The notes: a model not told the origin generated them from the sequence alone. A stretch of DNA of 64,000 bases from Povalibacter sp. (GCF_036520495.1 NZ_DATDJO010000016.1:971-64970); one strand, 5' to 3'. Positions 1 to 9,917 are shown, counted from the first letter of the stretch. Numbers and translations: made by a program.

Positions 1-245
1 GCATGCAGCTTGGCGCGCTCCGACAGCTTGCCTTCACGCCCGACCATGGCATTGAGGCGCTCGAATTCGCGCGCCATGGAATCGTTGAGCTCGACTACCT
101 CATTGAAGATATTGGCGATTTCGCCATCTATATCGGAGAGATCGCCGGGTAGCCGGACCGAGAAATCGCCGCGCTTGAGTGCGCGAAGCGCCTTGAGGAT
201 GTCGCGACGTTGCAAGGACGTCGCATCACTGGCAGCCACAACCAC
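1..245 (-). CDS. HAMP-domain sensor protein, N-terminal fragment (runs off the window start)
   Basis: Not in the ORF track. Reverse-strand translation from GTG at 243-245 gives VVVAASDATSLQRRDILKALRALKRGDFSVRLPGDLSDIDGEIANIFNEVVELNDSMAREFERLNAMVGREGKLSERAKLH. This is a typical HAMP-linker pattern (L..L..GDFS.RLP ... GEIA..FN..V). No TM segment precedes it. It is divergent from a receiver gene. Confidence 0.5.
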   Translation of the reverse strand, partial: MVVAASDATSLQRRDILKALRALKRGDFSVRLPGDLSDIDGEIANIFNEVVELNDSMAREFERLNAMVGREGKLSERAKLH

Positions 246-586
246 TGGATCTCTCCGGAGTCAGATTCCGCGTAACCCAAAAGGAACCGTTAATTGTTCT
301 GCGCCCGGACAGACTCCCTGTCCGCAACGTGGCCCCTCTCCCGCGCCTGACGCGCATTGGCTCGGAATGTCCGGGAACCGTCGGCGGTTCCATTACGTTG
401 AGGAATTCGTCGCGCTGGTGAAGGTCCGACGTGCGATATTGGCTGGTATGGACCCGTGGATCCGGGACGTTCCTTACGGTCGCTCGGTATGGCGTAATGG
501 CCGTACGGCCGGCTCAGCAAGGCGTATAGCGGGCGTCGCAACCGACCGCGAACACAACAGGCATCAATAAAGGATTCGCATCACCT

Positions 587-991
587 ATGGGTGAAACTGC
601 CAACAAGACGGCCTTACTGCCGTGCGTCCTCGTCGTGGAGGATGAAATCCTCGTTCGCATGTTCGCCGTCGACGTGCTCGAAGAGGCGGGCTTCGAAGTC
701 ATTCAGGCCGGTAGCGGGGCCGAAGCACTGCAGGCGCTCGCCGAGCGCAAGGCCGACCTCAGCGCCGTGATCATCGATCTGGGACTGCCCGACCGGCGCG
801 GCGACGAGATTGCCGCGGAGATCCGCGCGCAGTGCCCGACATTGCCGATCATCATCGCCAGCGGACGTAGCGAGCGGGAACTGGTCGACCAGTTCGCATC
901 AGACAAGGCAGTGGCCATCCTGCCGAAGCCGTATACGGAACCCTTGATGCTGGAAGTCTTCGGCAGACTCGGGGTCCGCTCGGTGCAGTGA
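587..991 (+). CDS. Stand-alone response regulator receiver (CheY-like) protein
   Basis: 134 aa. VLVVEDEILVR...IIDLGLPDRRGDE...IIIASG...KPY matches the receiver acidic pocket, phospho-Asp and conserved Lys layout. No output domain. Confidence 0.85.
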   Translation: MGETANKTALLPCVLVVEDEILVRMFAVDVLEEAGFEVIQAGSGAEALQALAERKADLSAVIIDLGLPDRRGDEIAAEIRAQCPTLPIIIASGRSERELVDQFASDKAVAILPKPYTEPLMLEVFGRLGVRSVQ

Positions 992-992
992 G

Positions 993-1613
993 TTACGCCG
1001 CGACGGCGTAACTCACTCCTTCCGCCTGCAGCGCGGCGCGCACGGCAGGACGCGCCGCGACACGATCCAGGTAGTCGTGCAGCACCGGCCACGGCGCAAG
1101 ATCGATGGCGACCGAATCGCTCCAGCGCAGCACCGCGAAGAGATACGCATCGGCGATCGTGTAGCGATCGTCTGCGGCCCACGACCGCGACCAGAGTTCG
1201 GCGCTGATCCAGTCGAAGCGGCGCGTCAGTCGCTGCACCGACCATTCCTTCAGGTCTGATGAAGCACGATCCCCTGCCAGCAAGGGGATAAAGGGCTTGT
1301 GCAGCTCCGCCGCCACAAAGGCGAGCCATTCCAGCACCCTGTAACGCGCCAACCCGGCATGGGGAATCAATCCCGCAAGCGGATGCAGATCCGCCAGGTA
1401 CTGCAGGATCACGGGGCCTTCGGTGAGCCGCCGGCCATCGTCCAGTTCCAGGACGGGCACGTAGTTCTTGCCGTGAATCGCCTCGAAATCTTCTCCCGTG
1501 CTGGTGCGATGCGTCCGCAGATCGACGCACTCGAGTGTGAATTCCAGCCCGACGTCCCGCAGCACGATGTGCGGCGCGAGCGAACAGGCGCCGGGCGAGT
1601 AATACAGTTTCAT
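993..1613 (-). CDS. Glutathione S-transferase (beta-class-like)
   Basis: MKLYYSPGACSLAPHIVL...VPVLELDDGRRLTEGPVILQYLAD is the canonical GST N-terminal thioredoxin-like fold signature. Start trimmed to the MKLYY ATG at 1613; the track ORF begins 6 codons upstream. Confidence 0.85.
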   Translation of the reverse strand: MKLYYSPGACSLAPHIVLRDVGLEFTLECVDLRTHRTSTGEDFEAIHGKNYVPVLELDDGRRLTEGPVILQYLADLHPLAGLIPHAGLARYRVLEWLAFVAAELHKPFIPLLAGDRASSDLKEWSVQRLTRRFDWISAELWSRSWAADDRYTIADAYLFAVLRWSDSVAIDLAPWPVLHDYLDRVAARPAVRAALQAEGVSYAVAA

Positions 1614-1865
1614 GGGCGGCTCCCTGTGCATGTGGCAACTGTCGACAGGGCAACAGTAAACATCCGATGCTCAATCCAACAGGTTCGAGACGCTCGCGAG
1701 CTGCGCAAATCGTCTGAGAATCGACACTCAGTGCTGGATTGATGAAACCGCCGAAACAGTCAATTTCTGCGCGCCGCGTCTTTCGATGAGGGGTCGCGGG
1801 CGTAGGCTAGGTGCTTGTCCAAGTCATCGTCGCCCCTTCTCCACACTTCAGTCAGGGCTCTTCGC

Positions 1866-2873
1866 ATGGACGTACTGTCGAACGTTTTGAATGTCACCAG
1901 TCTCGCCACCAGCGTAATCGGATCGCGTGAGTTCCTGGCGCCATGGGCCATCGTCGTCGATGCTCCGCAGGAAACTGCCGTGCACATCATCAGACGCGGC
2001 GCCGCGTGGTTGCGCCACGGCGATGCCGAGCCGATCCGCCTGAATGCCGGCGACATCGTGCTGCTCGCCAGCGGCAGCAAGCACGTGTTGTCGTCGGATC
2101 GCGATCCGCGCGAGCCCGAACCCGTCACACAAGCCATCGCGCGCGCCCACAACAACGTAGTGCCGTCACTGCGCGGGCGCAATGACGGCAGCGGTGAATC
2201 GACGCTGCTGCAGTGTGCCGGCTACAGCTTCTCCAGCGATGGGTTTTCACCCGAGGGTGCGCACCCGCTGCTGTCGCTGCTGCCACCGGTCATCGTCGTA
2301 CCGGCGGATCGCGTTAACGAAGATCCGGAATTGCAACTGCTGCAACGCCTGCTGGCCCACGAGGCAGCGCGTCGTGAGGCCGGTGTCGAACTGGTGCTGC
2401 CGCGATTGATCGACACACTGTTCGTCTATGTGCTGCGCGTGTGGTTGCGCGATCAACCGGAAGGCACGGCGGGGTGGCTCGGCGCGTTGCGGGATCCGCA
2501 GATCCGCAAGGCATTGACCCTGATCCACGAATCGCCGCAGGCGCCGTGGACCGTGGAGTCGCTCGCACGTCAGGCCGCGATGTCACGGGCCGCCTTTGCG
2601 AAACGCTTCATGGACCTGGTGGGCCAGCCGCCGCTGGCGTATGTCACGCGCTGGCGCATGGATCTCGCAGCGAAGTTGCTGCGTGAGTCACGCGAGCCGG
2701 TGGCGCGCATCGCGAGCAAGGTCGGCTATCTGTCGGAGACGGCATTCGCAAAGGCCTTCCGTCGACGTCGCAAGATGCCGCCGGGCGCGTATCGCTTCCA
2801 ACGCACACGACGTGCACGTGCAGCAGAAATTGGCGTGCCCGAGGTCGCACGCGTGGATCAGCAGGGAGTGTGA
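1866..2873 (+). CDS. AraC-family transcriptional regulator with N-terminal cupin-like domain
   Basis: N-terminus MDVLSNVLNV... is typical of cupin-AraC regulators. The C-terminus carries a double HTH (WTVESLARQAAMSRAAFAKRF...IASKVGYLSETAFAKAFRR). Start chosen at the second ATG (1866). Confidence 0.85.
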   Translation: MDVLSNVLNVTSLATSVIGSREFLAPWAIVVDAPQETAVHIIRRGAAWLRHGDAEPIRLNAGDIVLLASGSKHVLSSDRDPREPEPVTQAIARAHNNVVPSLRGRNDGSGESTLLQCAGYSFSSDGFSPEGAHPLLSLLPPVIVVPADRVNEDPELQLLQRLLAHEAARREAGVELVLPRLIDTLFVYVLRVWLRDQPEGTAGWLGALRDPQIRKALTLIHESPQAPWTVESLARQAAMSRAAFAKRFMDLVGQPPLAYVTRWRMDLAAKLLRESREPVARIASKVGYLSETAFAKAFRRRRKMPPGAYRFQRTRRARAAEIGVPEVARVDQQGV

Positions 2874-2983
2874 ACTCGCAGCGGGGCGTGGGACTCGGGC
2901 CAGGGAAGAGCGCACCTTCCCTTCTGCCCGAGCCCCGCCTTGACGTTACTGACTTCTGGTGACGATCTCCTCGTCGACAGCGG

Positions 2984-3934
2984 TTAGAAACCCTTGGACG
3001 CAACCGTCCAGTTAGGGAGTTGACCGAGGTCGTTGTCCGGCCCTACGAGGAAGTCGAGTGCTTCCGTATTGCCGTTCAGAGTGCCGTCCAGAAACTCGAC
3101 GACTGCCTGCACGAGCTGGAGCTGCACCGCGCGAGAGGCCGTGCCGAAGAAACCACCGTGGCCGGCCGTAGCGTGCGACGCGAACACAGCGGGTACCGCC
3201 TCTGTGCGCTCGTAGCTTCCGATGGAATTCGGATAGGCGACGTCGCCCGTTCCACCGGCTACGAACATCACGGGGCCGGAAAGATTGTTCAGATACTGAC
3301 GACACACGGCGAGCGGACCCGATTGACCGCCGGTGCTGTCATCCGGGAAGCAACCACTGTTCAGACTGACGACTGATTTCACGCGCGCATCGTGCTCGCC
3401 TGTCCAAAGCGCATCGATGCCTCCGCAAGAGTGACCCATCGTCGCAACCCGGCTGGCGTCGAGATGATTGTGATACTTCGGGCCGCCGCGGCCGGGAGAG
3501 GAGGTCGCCCAATTGATCGCGTTCTTCAAGCGATCCTCCGTTGCTTGCGCACCGGGGGCGGAGGACGCATCAGGTTCACCGTAAGCGATGACGACGAATC
3601 CGCGGGCCGCGAGCTGCATCAGGAAGTAGAGGTGGCCATCGTTACTCGCGGAGCACGCGCCGTTGCTCCAGGCCACGATCGGGAACTTGTCCTTGGGCCC
3701 GTTCAGATCAGCGGGACGATACACCGTGAAACCCGCAAGCCCCGGCGCATCCTCGCGCACCACATCAAGAAACTGATCCATCGCCGCAGGACTGGAATGC
3801 GGGTGATGGTGATGGTGCTCGCCCTTGTCCTTGTCCTTATCCTTGTGAGCGTGAGAGACGGAAACGATCATCGCACCCGCGAGGATCATCAATGGAATGT
3901 GCGCCTTGCGGGAAAGCAAACCGAATGTACTCAT
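2984..3934 (-). CDS. Secreted alpha/beta hydrolase (dienelactone-hydrolase/chlorophyllase-like) with His-rich N-terminal linker
   Basis: Signal-like MSTFGLLSRKAHIPLMILAGAMIVSVSHA, followed by HKDKDKDKGEHHHHHPH. Nucleophile elbow GHSCGG, with later D and H candidates (GTGDVAY, ATAGHGGF). Start trimmed to 3934. Confidence 0.7.
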   Translation of the reverse strand: MSTFGLLSRKAHIPLMILAGAMIVSVSHAHKDKDKDKGEHHHHHPHSSPAAMDQFLDVVREDAPGLAGFTVYRPADLNGPKDKFPIVAWSNGACSASNDGHLYFLMQLAARGFVVIAYGEPDASSAPGAQATEDRLKNAINWATSSPGRGGPKYHNHLDASRVATMGHSCGGIDALWTGEHDARVKSVVSLNSGCFPDDSTGGQSGPLAVCRQYLNNLSGPVMFVAGGTGDVAYPNSIGSYERTEAVPAVFASHATAGHGGFFGTASRAVQLQLVQAVVEFLDGTLNGNTEALDFLVGPDNDLGQLPNWTVASKGF

Positions 3935-4386
3935 CGTTGTAGCCTCGTAGTTATCGTTGAGCGCTCTGGCAACTCGCCAACGAATGGCAACAACGAGCCC
4001 CCACACCGAAGACGCGCTGCAGCCATCCTCGGCGATACCCCCTGGGCTGGAAACTCCGGCCTTCTGGTGATCCCTTCAATATCGCGGACGAGCTGACATG
4101 TCGCGACGAAGCGGTGACGCGGCGATGGCAGCTCGCCATTAAAGCAGTTGATTCAAGCAGACGTTAGATACCCGTCCGATGCGTGTCAATAGGGCGTTTC
4201 GTCCGTGACAATACCGAAGCAGATCCTCGCAGCATTTGGCCTGTGCCAGGGTCAACTGCCTGTTCGCTTCGCGCGCGGCGCGCGAGAATTTGTTTATGGA
4301 TCCGCTAACATCCGCACTGATGCAGACCGTTGAGCTGAACATCCTGTGTCCGCGCTGCGGGCAGACGTTGGCACGGAGACGCACGC

Positions 4387-4773
4387 ATGGCAGTGCATAT
4401 CGTTCGGTTGGGCAGCGCTCGTGGCGCCAACGAAGGGCCCCGATTCGGGACCGTGCGACGCCCGCCGCGTGGCGTACCCAGGAGCGAATACGCATCGCGG
4501 GACCTTTACGATGTCTGGCTGCCGAATCTGGCGCCGAGTGAAGAACTGGTGAAACTGGCTCTGAGCGCGGACGAACGCGCCTGGAAAACATTCGTGCGGC
4601 GCTATCGCGCCGAAATGAAAACCCCGGATGTCTCGCGCGTTCTGGATGCGCTTGCCGCGCTGTCACATCAGACGGATTTCGCGGTCGGCTGCTACTGCGA
4701 GAACGAAGCTCGCTGCCATCGATCCGTACTGCGCGAGCTGTTCAGGGAACGTGGCGCCAGCGTCGCGGACTAA
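4387..4773 (+). CDS. DUF488-family protein
   Basis: 128 aa. ...YDVWLPNLAPSEELV...W..F..RY..EM......L..L.......F.VGCYCENEARCHRSVL matches my recollection of the DUF488 pattern. Confidence 0.7.
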   Translation: MAVHIVRLGSARGANEGPRFGTVRRPPRGVPRSEYASRDLYDVWLPNLAPSEELVKLALSADERAWKTFVRRYRAEMKTPDVSRVLDALAALSHQTDFAVGCYCENEARCHRSVLRELFRERGASVAD

Positions 4774-4805
4774 TCCAGCGTCGCTGACTGAGCAGTGGCG
4801 ACTCG

Positions 4806-4994
4806 TCAATGATTGCGGCTCCATTCGTCCGGCGGATTCTGCCGACGGGTTTCGGCCGGATTCTTCGCTTCGCCTTTGCGATAACCGCGTTCGAACCAGC
4901 GGCGTTTGAACGCCACGTATGTCAGAACCAGTGCCAGGCCGATGAGGATCAACACTCCCCAGAAATGACCGAGAAATTCAGTGATCGGACCCAT
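4806..4994 (-). CDS. Small single-pass membrane protein (hypothetical)
   Basis: 62 aa with one hydrophobic helix (FWGVLILIGLALVLTYVAF) then a basic tail. Good SD (GGGAGAG) 7 nt upstream of the ATG. Third-position GC is only moderate. Confidence 0.4.
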   Translation of the reverse strand: MGPITEFLGHFWGVLILIGLALVLTYVAFKRRWFERGYRKGEAKNPAETRRQNPPDEWSRNH

Positions 4995-5210
4995 GGTGCT
5001 CTCCCGCGTGCGGTGGACACGTCAGCAGAACAACGAGCCGGCGGATGAATAAGTTCAAATGCGCTGCGAACGGCACGATGTCAGCATTTCCATCACCGCA
5101 TGCCGCGGCCCGCTCGGCGCAGCCGGGTGATCGAGTTTGTTATTTTCGGCGCGCGCGCATCCAGATCACGGCCACGACGATGGCGATCAGGCTGAGGATG
5201 ATCAGTAGTC

Positions 5211-5828
5211 TCATGAGTCGGTCGTGCCCGGTGTTGTGCTGTTGAAACGCTGCGTAAGCGCAGCGAGGTCTTCCGGCGTGTCGAGATCCACGGCCGCGTT
5301 TGGCATGGGCACTCGCACGACGCGAAAGCTGTTGCGCTCCAGGATCTGTCGCGCGCCCTGATCGCCCCGCAACTCTGCCAGTTCGCCGAAGCACATGCGC
5401 GGGAAAATCGCCGGCACGGCCACACGCTGGTCGTAGGTCGCAGCCGCGATCACGCCATCGGCCTCCTTCCAGGAGGCCGCCAACCGCTTGAGATCGTCGG
5501 CGCTTACGGCCACCTGGTCCCCCAGCAGGATCAGCACCGCGTCGGTCGCCGCGGATAGCGAGCCGACACCGAGGCGGATCGACGAGGCCATGCCCTCCTC
5601 CCAGCGACGATTCACGATGACGGACGCCGGCGAATGCGCGAGCAGGCGCGTCACCTCGCTGGCATGAGCGCCCACGACCACCGTCACGCTATGACCCGCC
5701 AGCGCCGTCGCGGCCGCTACGACGCCATGCAGCACGGGGTGACCGCCGAGCTTGACCAGTTGCTTGGGTTGGCCAAGGCGACTCGACGCGCCGGCCGCGA
5801 GAATCAATACATGCAGGCTTGCCGTCAT
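5211..5828 (-). CDS. MobA/MocA-like nucleotidyltransferase (molybdenum cofactor cytidylyl/guanylyl-transferase family)
   Basis: LILAAGASSRLGQPKQL...GG.P.L is the NTP-transferase P-loop-like motif of the MobA-like family. 205 aa. Confidence 0.75.
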   Translation of the reverse strand: MTASLHVLILAAGASSRLGQPKQLVKLGGHPVLHGVVAAATALAGHSVTVVVGAHASEVTRLLAHSPASVIVNRRWEEGMASSIRLGVGSLSAATDAVLILLGDQVAVSADDLKRLAASWKEADGVIAAATYDQRVAVPAIFPRMCFGELAELRGDQGARQILERNSFRVVRVPMPNAAVDLDTPEDLAALTQRFNSTTPGTTDS

Positions 5829-5838
5829 GCAGTAATCC

Positions 5839-5920
5839 GGAAGGAATAAAGGGCCGCGAAAGACCGTGACCGCAAGGCGACCAACGGAAGTCCCAGTGGG
5901 GGAATCCCACGGGGCAAAGG
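5839..5920. repeat. Intergenic repeat, family D copy 1
   Basis: GGGCCGCGAAAGACCGTGACCGCAAGG-CGACCAACGGAAGTCCC-AGTGGGGGAATCCCACGGGG. Shares a 17-nt block with D3 and the CGACCAACGGAAGTCCC word with D2. Confidence 0.7.
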
Positions 5921-6068
5921 ACTGGGCATATATGCGACCGGAAGATCCGGGAAATCTCTGAAGTTACGGAGTAAAGCAGATCGGATGTGAATCGATCACC
6001 TTCTTTTATGCGGTCTTTTGCGGCGCTCCTCTCTTATCCTATGGGCCGTCCTTTTAGAGCGTAATCCC

Positions 6069-6602
6069 ATGGCCATCCGTCCCGTCCTGAAAATGGGTGA
6101 TCCCATCCTGCTGCAGGTCGCAAGCCCCGTGGTCGAATTCGACACGCCCGAGCTGCGTTCACTGCTGATAGACATGCACGACACCATGGAATCGTTGCAG
6201 GGCGCGGGACTCGCGGCGCCGCAAATCGGTGTGTCGCTGCAGGTCGTCGTCTTCGGTGTCGGCAGGAATCCCCGCTACCCACAGGCCGAGGAAGTGCCCT
6301 ACACCATCCTGATCAATCCGCAGCTCGATCCGGTGGACGACATCATGGAAGACGGCTGGGAGGGATGCCTGTCCGTCCCCGGCATGCGCGGCCTGGTGCC
6401 ACGACACAAACGCCTGCGCTACCGCGGATTCGATCCGATGGGCGCACCCATCGATCGCACTGTCAGCGATTTTCATGCGCGGGTCGTGCAGCACGAGGTC
6501 GATCACCTGCTCGGCGTGCTCTACCCCATGCGCATCCGCGACCTGCGCAATTTCGGATTCAACGAAACCCTGTTCCCGGGTCAGCAGCTCGTGGACGATT
6601 GA
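6069..6602 (+). CDS. def: Peptide deformylase
   Basis: All three deformylase motifs are present: [24 protein letters not shown]. Start trimmed to [12 protein letters not shown] at 6069. Confidence 0.9.
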   Translation: MAIRPVLKMGDPILLQVASPVVEFDTPELRSLLIDMHDTMESLQGAGLAAPQIGVSLQVVVFGVGRNPRYPQAEEVPYTILINPQLDPVDDIMEDGWEGCLSVPGMRGLVPRHKRLRYRGFDPMGAPIDRTVSDFHARVVQHEVDHLLGVLYPMRIRDLRNFGFNETLFPGQQLVDD

Positions 6603-6800
6603 AGAGGTCGAAGAAGAATCTCCACGGGGGACATGACCAAAAGGAAATCCCGCGGGACGGGGCACCACGGGGTAGGAAGACATCTGCCGGGTGAGTCCCT
6701 TTGGTTAGCTGGAATGGAGCGTTCGACGGGTGTAGCTGTCGCTCTTCCTGAGTTCTTCATCTGACCCTGTGTTACCCCGTGGAACTTCTCCTTCTCGACT
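6603..6800. repeat. Intergenic palindromic repeat, family A copy 1 (def|gabD)
   Basis: Left arm GAAGAAGAATCTCCACGGGGGACA. Right arm is its imperfect complement, TGTTACCCCGTGGAACTTCTCCTTCTC. Internal CGGGACGGGGCACCACGGGG words. Confidence 0.75.
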
Positions 6801-6881
6801 CCGCTCGTCCCGGGCTGGACGCGCCACCCGCTGCTTCCTAGACTCTCGTCCCCTCCTTGCTTCTGCTCACGGAGAATCGTT

Positions 6882-8360
6882 ATGGCCGCCCTCCCGCAAT
6901 CGCAACAGCCGATGTTGCGCGACATGTCCCTCTTCCGACAGCAAGCGTTCGTGGGTGGCCATTGGGAAGACGCGCCGGATGGCAAGGTCAAGCAGGTCTT
7001 CAACCCGGCGAACGGCGCACTGATCGGCACGATCCCGAATCTCGGGGCGGAGGCGGCGAAGCGCGCCATCGATGCTGCCAACAAGGCGCTTCCCGACTGG
7101 CGTTCGCGGACCGCAAAGGAGCGCGCACAGATTCTGCGCAAGTGGTTCGATCTGATGATGGCGAACCAGGAAGACCTCGCCATTCTGATGACGGTCGAGC
7201 AGGGCAAGCCGCTGGTCGAGAGCCGCGGCGAAATCGCGTATGCCGCATCGTTCATCGAGTGGTTTGCCGAGGAGGGCAAGCGCGCCTATGGCGATGTCAT
7301 TCCGGCGCACGGCCGCGACAAGCGCATCGTGGTGCTGAAGCAGCCGATCGGCGTGACAGCCGCCATCACGCCCTGGAACTTCCCGGCGGCCATGATCACC
7401 CGCAAAGCCGGTCCGGCCCTCGCCGCAGGCTGCACGATGGTGATCAAGCCGGCGGAACTCACACCGTATTCGGCGCTGGCCATGTGCGTGCTCGCGGAAC
7501 GCGCCGGCATTCCTGCTGGCGTCATCTCGGTCGTGACCGGCGACTCGCGTCCGATCGGTGCGGAGTTCACCAGCAATCCCATCGTGCGCAAGCTGAGCTT
7601 CACCGGGTCGACGGCCGTCGGCAAGGTGCTCATGTCGCAGTGCGCGACCAACATTACCAAGGTCTCGCTGGAACTCGGCGGCAACGCGCCGTTCATCGTG
7701 TTCAACGACGCTGACCTCGATGCCGCCGTCGCCGGTGCGCTCGCCTCCAAGTACCGCAATGCCGGCCAGACCTGCGTCTGTGCGAACCGTCTGTTCGTGC
7801 AAAGCGGCGTCTACGATCGCTTTGCCGAGAAGCTCGCCGAGGCCGTGAAAGCCATGAAGGTCGGTGATGGTCTCGACAAGGAGACGAAGATCGGGCCGAT
7901 GATCGACGACAAGGCCGTGCAGAAAGTGGAAGAGCACGTGGCCGACGCCGTCAGCAAGGGCGCGAAAGTTGTCTACGGCGGCAAGCGCGGCGATGCGGCC
8001 GGCAGTTTCTACATACCCACGGTGATGACTGGCGTCACCGCCGACATGCTGGTGATGCGCGAAGAGACCTTCGGCCCGCTGGCGCCGCTCATGAAGTTCG
8101 AGACCGACGAAGAAGTGATCCGGCTGGCCAACGCCACCGAGTTCGGCCTGGCGAGCTACTTCTACAGCCGCGACATCGGCCGCATCTGGCGAGTCGCCGA
8201 GGCGCTCGAGTGCGGCATCGTCGGCATCAACGAAGGCATCATTTCAACCGAAGTCGCGCCCTTCGGCGGCGTCAAGGAGAGCGGCATCGGCCGCGAAGGC
8301 TCCAGGTACGGCCTCGAGGAGTACATGGAGATCAAGTACCTCTGCTTCGGCGGGATCTGA
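6882..8360 (+). CDS. gabD: NAD(P)+-dependent succinate-semialdehyde dehydrogenase
   Basis: 492 aa aldehyde dehydrogenase with ITPWNFP, catalytic SLELGGNAP and NAGQTCVCANR. Overall collinear with GabD/SSADH as I recall it. Confidence 0.85.
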   Translation: MAALPQSQQPMLRDMSLFRQQAFVGGHWEDAPDGKVKQVFNPANGALIGTIPNLGAEAAKRAIDAANKALPDWRSRTAKERAQILRKWFDLMMANQEDLAILMTVEQGKPLVESRGEIAYAASFIEWFAEEGKRAYGDVIPAHGRDKRIVVLKQPIGVTAAITPWNFPAAMITRKAGPALAAGCTMVIKPAELTPYSALAMCVLAERAGIPAGVISVVTGDSRPIGAEFTSNPIVRKLSFTGSTAVGKVLMSQCATNITKVSLELGGNAPFIVFNDADLDAAVAGALASKYRNAGQTCVCANRLFVQSGVYDRFAEKLAEAVKAMKVGDGLDKETKIGPMIDDKAVQKVEEHVADAVSKGAKVVYGGKRGDAAGSFYIPTVMTGVTADMLVMREETFGPLAPLMKFETDEEVIRLANATEFGLASYFYSRDIGRIWRVAEALECGIVGINEGIISTEVAPFGGVKESGIGREGSRYGLEEYMEIKYLCFGGI

Positions 8361-8388
8361 TCTCATCATCACAACCCAGCAGGCGTCG

Positions 8389-9504
8389 ATGGATTCCATA
8401 GATTGTGTAGTGATCGGCGCCGGGGTCATCGGTCTCGCCGTGGCGCGCGCGCTCGCGCTCGACGGCCGTGAGGTCGTCATTCTCGAAGCCGCCGATGCCT
8501 TCGGCACGGGCGTCAGTGCCCGCAGCAGCGAAGTCATTCACGCCGGCATCTACTACCCGCGCGGTTCGCTCAAGGCGACGCTGTGCGTGGCGGGACGTGA
8601 ACTGCTGTATCCGTTCTGCGCACGCGCGGGCGTCGAGCATCGCTGCTGCGGCAAGCTCATCGTCGCGACGTCCGATGAACAGGTCGAAGATCTGCGACTC
8701 ATCGATGCCGCGGCGCGCGGCAACGGCGTCACGCTGGAATGGATGAGCGCAGCGACGGTTCGGGACCTGGAGCCCGAGCTGAACTGTCGCGCCGCCCTGT
8801 TCTCGCCGCTGACCGGCATCATCGATACCCATGGCTACATGCAGGCGCTGCTCGGCGAAGCCGAGCAGGCGGGTGCCATTCTTGCGGTACGTAACAGCGT
8901 CATGCGCATGTGGCTGGAAACATCGAGCGTCCTGCTCGCGGTCAATCAGAATGAGCGCCCGGATCTGCGTGCGAATCTCGTGATCAATTGCGCGGGCCTG
9001 CACGCCACCCAGGTCGCTGCCGGCATCGAAGGCTTTCCAGCGGAACACATTCCACGCGCGCATTACGCACGCGGTCACTATTTTTCGACGACGAGTCGCT
9101 CACCGTTCCGGCACCTGATCTATCCGGTACCCGAACCTGGCGGATTGGGCGTGCACCTCACGCTGGATCTCGCCGGCCAGGCCCGCTTCGGTCCGGACGT
9201 CGAGTGGGTGGAGCAGCTCGATTATTCCGTGAGCCTCGACCGCGCCGACCGCTTCTACGGTGCAATCCGTCGCTTCTGGCCCGCACTCAGCGATGGCAGC
9301 CTGGTCCCCGCGTATGCGGGCATCCGCCCCAAGATCAGCGGACCGGGCGAACCCGCCGCGGATTTCCGCATCGATGGACCCGCTCGTCACGGCATCGCCC
9401 AGGTCATCAACCTGTTCGGCATCGAATCGCCGGGCATTACCTCCTCACTGGCCATCGCCGATCATGTCGCTGCGCTCGCCCGTCACGATAAGCTCAGTCC
9501 ATGA
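8389..9504 (+). CDS. FAD-dependent oxidoreductase, L-2-hydroxyglutarate oxidase/dehydrogenase-like
   Basis: Rossmann VVIGAGVIGLAVA. SSEVIHAGIYYPRGSLKA and HLIYPVPEPGGLGVHLT blocks resemble the LhgO/L2HGDH family. Sits next to gabD, as in the csiD-lhgO-gabD context. Confidence 0.7.
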   Translation: MDSIDCVVIGAGVIGLAVARALALDGREVVILEAADAFGTGVSARSSEVIHAGIYYPRGSLKATLCVAGRELLYPFCARAGVEHRCCGKLIVATSDEQVEDLRLIDAAARGNGVTLEWMSAATVRDLEPELNCRAALFSPLTGIIDTHGYMQALLGEAEQAGAILAVRNSVMRMWLETSSVLLAVNQNERPDLRANLVINCAGLHATQVAAGIEGFPAEHIPRAHYARGHYFSTTSRSPFRHLIYPVPEPGGLGVHLTLDLAGQARFGPDVEWVEQLDYSVSLDRADRFYGAIRRFWPALSDGSLVPAYAGIRPKISGPGEPAADFRIDGPARHGIAQVINLFGIESPGITSSLAIADHVAALARHDKLSP

Positions 9505-9917
9505 AAGCCAAGGTCAAGTGGGTCCAGGACGTAACGTTCCTGGGTGAATCGGGATCCGGTCATAGCGTCGTGATGGACGGCGCTCCTGAAGCCGGTGGGC
9601 GCAACCTCGGTTTTCGACCGATGGAAATGCTGCTGATGGGACTGGCCGGCTGCTCGGCATTCGACGTCGTGCTGATCCTGAAGCGCGGCCGCGAGGACAT
9701 CACCGATTGCGTCGTCGACGTGGATGGCGATCGCGCCGAGACCGATCCGAAGGTGTTCACCCACGTGCGCATGCATTACATCGTCACGGGACGCAACCTC
9801 GATCCGAAGAAGGTCGAACGCGCAGTGAAACTGTCGGAAGAAAAATACTGCTCGGCGTCGGCGATGTTCGGCAAGACGGCGACGTTGAATCACACGATCG
9901 AGATTCGAGAAGCGTAA
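9501..9917 (+). CDS. OsmC-family protein (YhfA-like)
   Basis: 138 aa with GLAGCSAFDV and EEKYCSASAM, the paired Cys of the OsmC/Ohr fold. ATGA overlap with the upstream gene. Confidence 0.8.
   Translation: MKAKVKWVQDVTFLGESGSGHSVVMDGAPEAGGRNLGFRPMEMLLMGLAGCSAFDVVLILKRGREDITDCVVDVDGDRAETDPKVFTHVRMHYIVTGRNLDPKKVERAVKLSEEKYCSASAMFGKTATLNHTIEIREA

Noticed and set aside
703-1674. 323-aa ORF on the same (minus) strand as the GST gene but in a different frame
   Set aside because: The translation is Arg/Ala/Gly/Pro-rich low-complexity sequence, typical of an off-frame shadow in high-GC DNA. The overlapping 993-1613 frame carries clear GST motifs.
4236-4541. 101-aa ORF with a CPRCG half zinc-ribbon upstream of and overlapping the DUF488 gene
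   Set aside because: It overlaps the well-supported DUF488 frame, has a single CxxC only, and its composition is otherwise shadow-like.
6867-7937. 356-aa antisense ORF across gabD
   Set aside because: It has no motifs and a shadow-frame composition. The plus-strand frame is an unambiguous aldehyde dehydrogenase.
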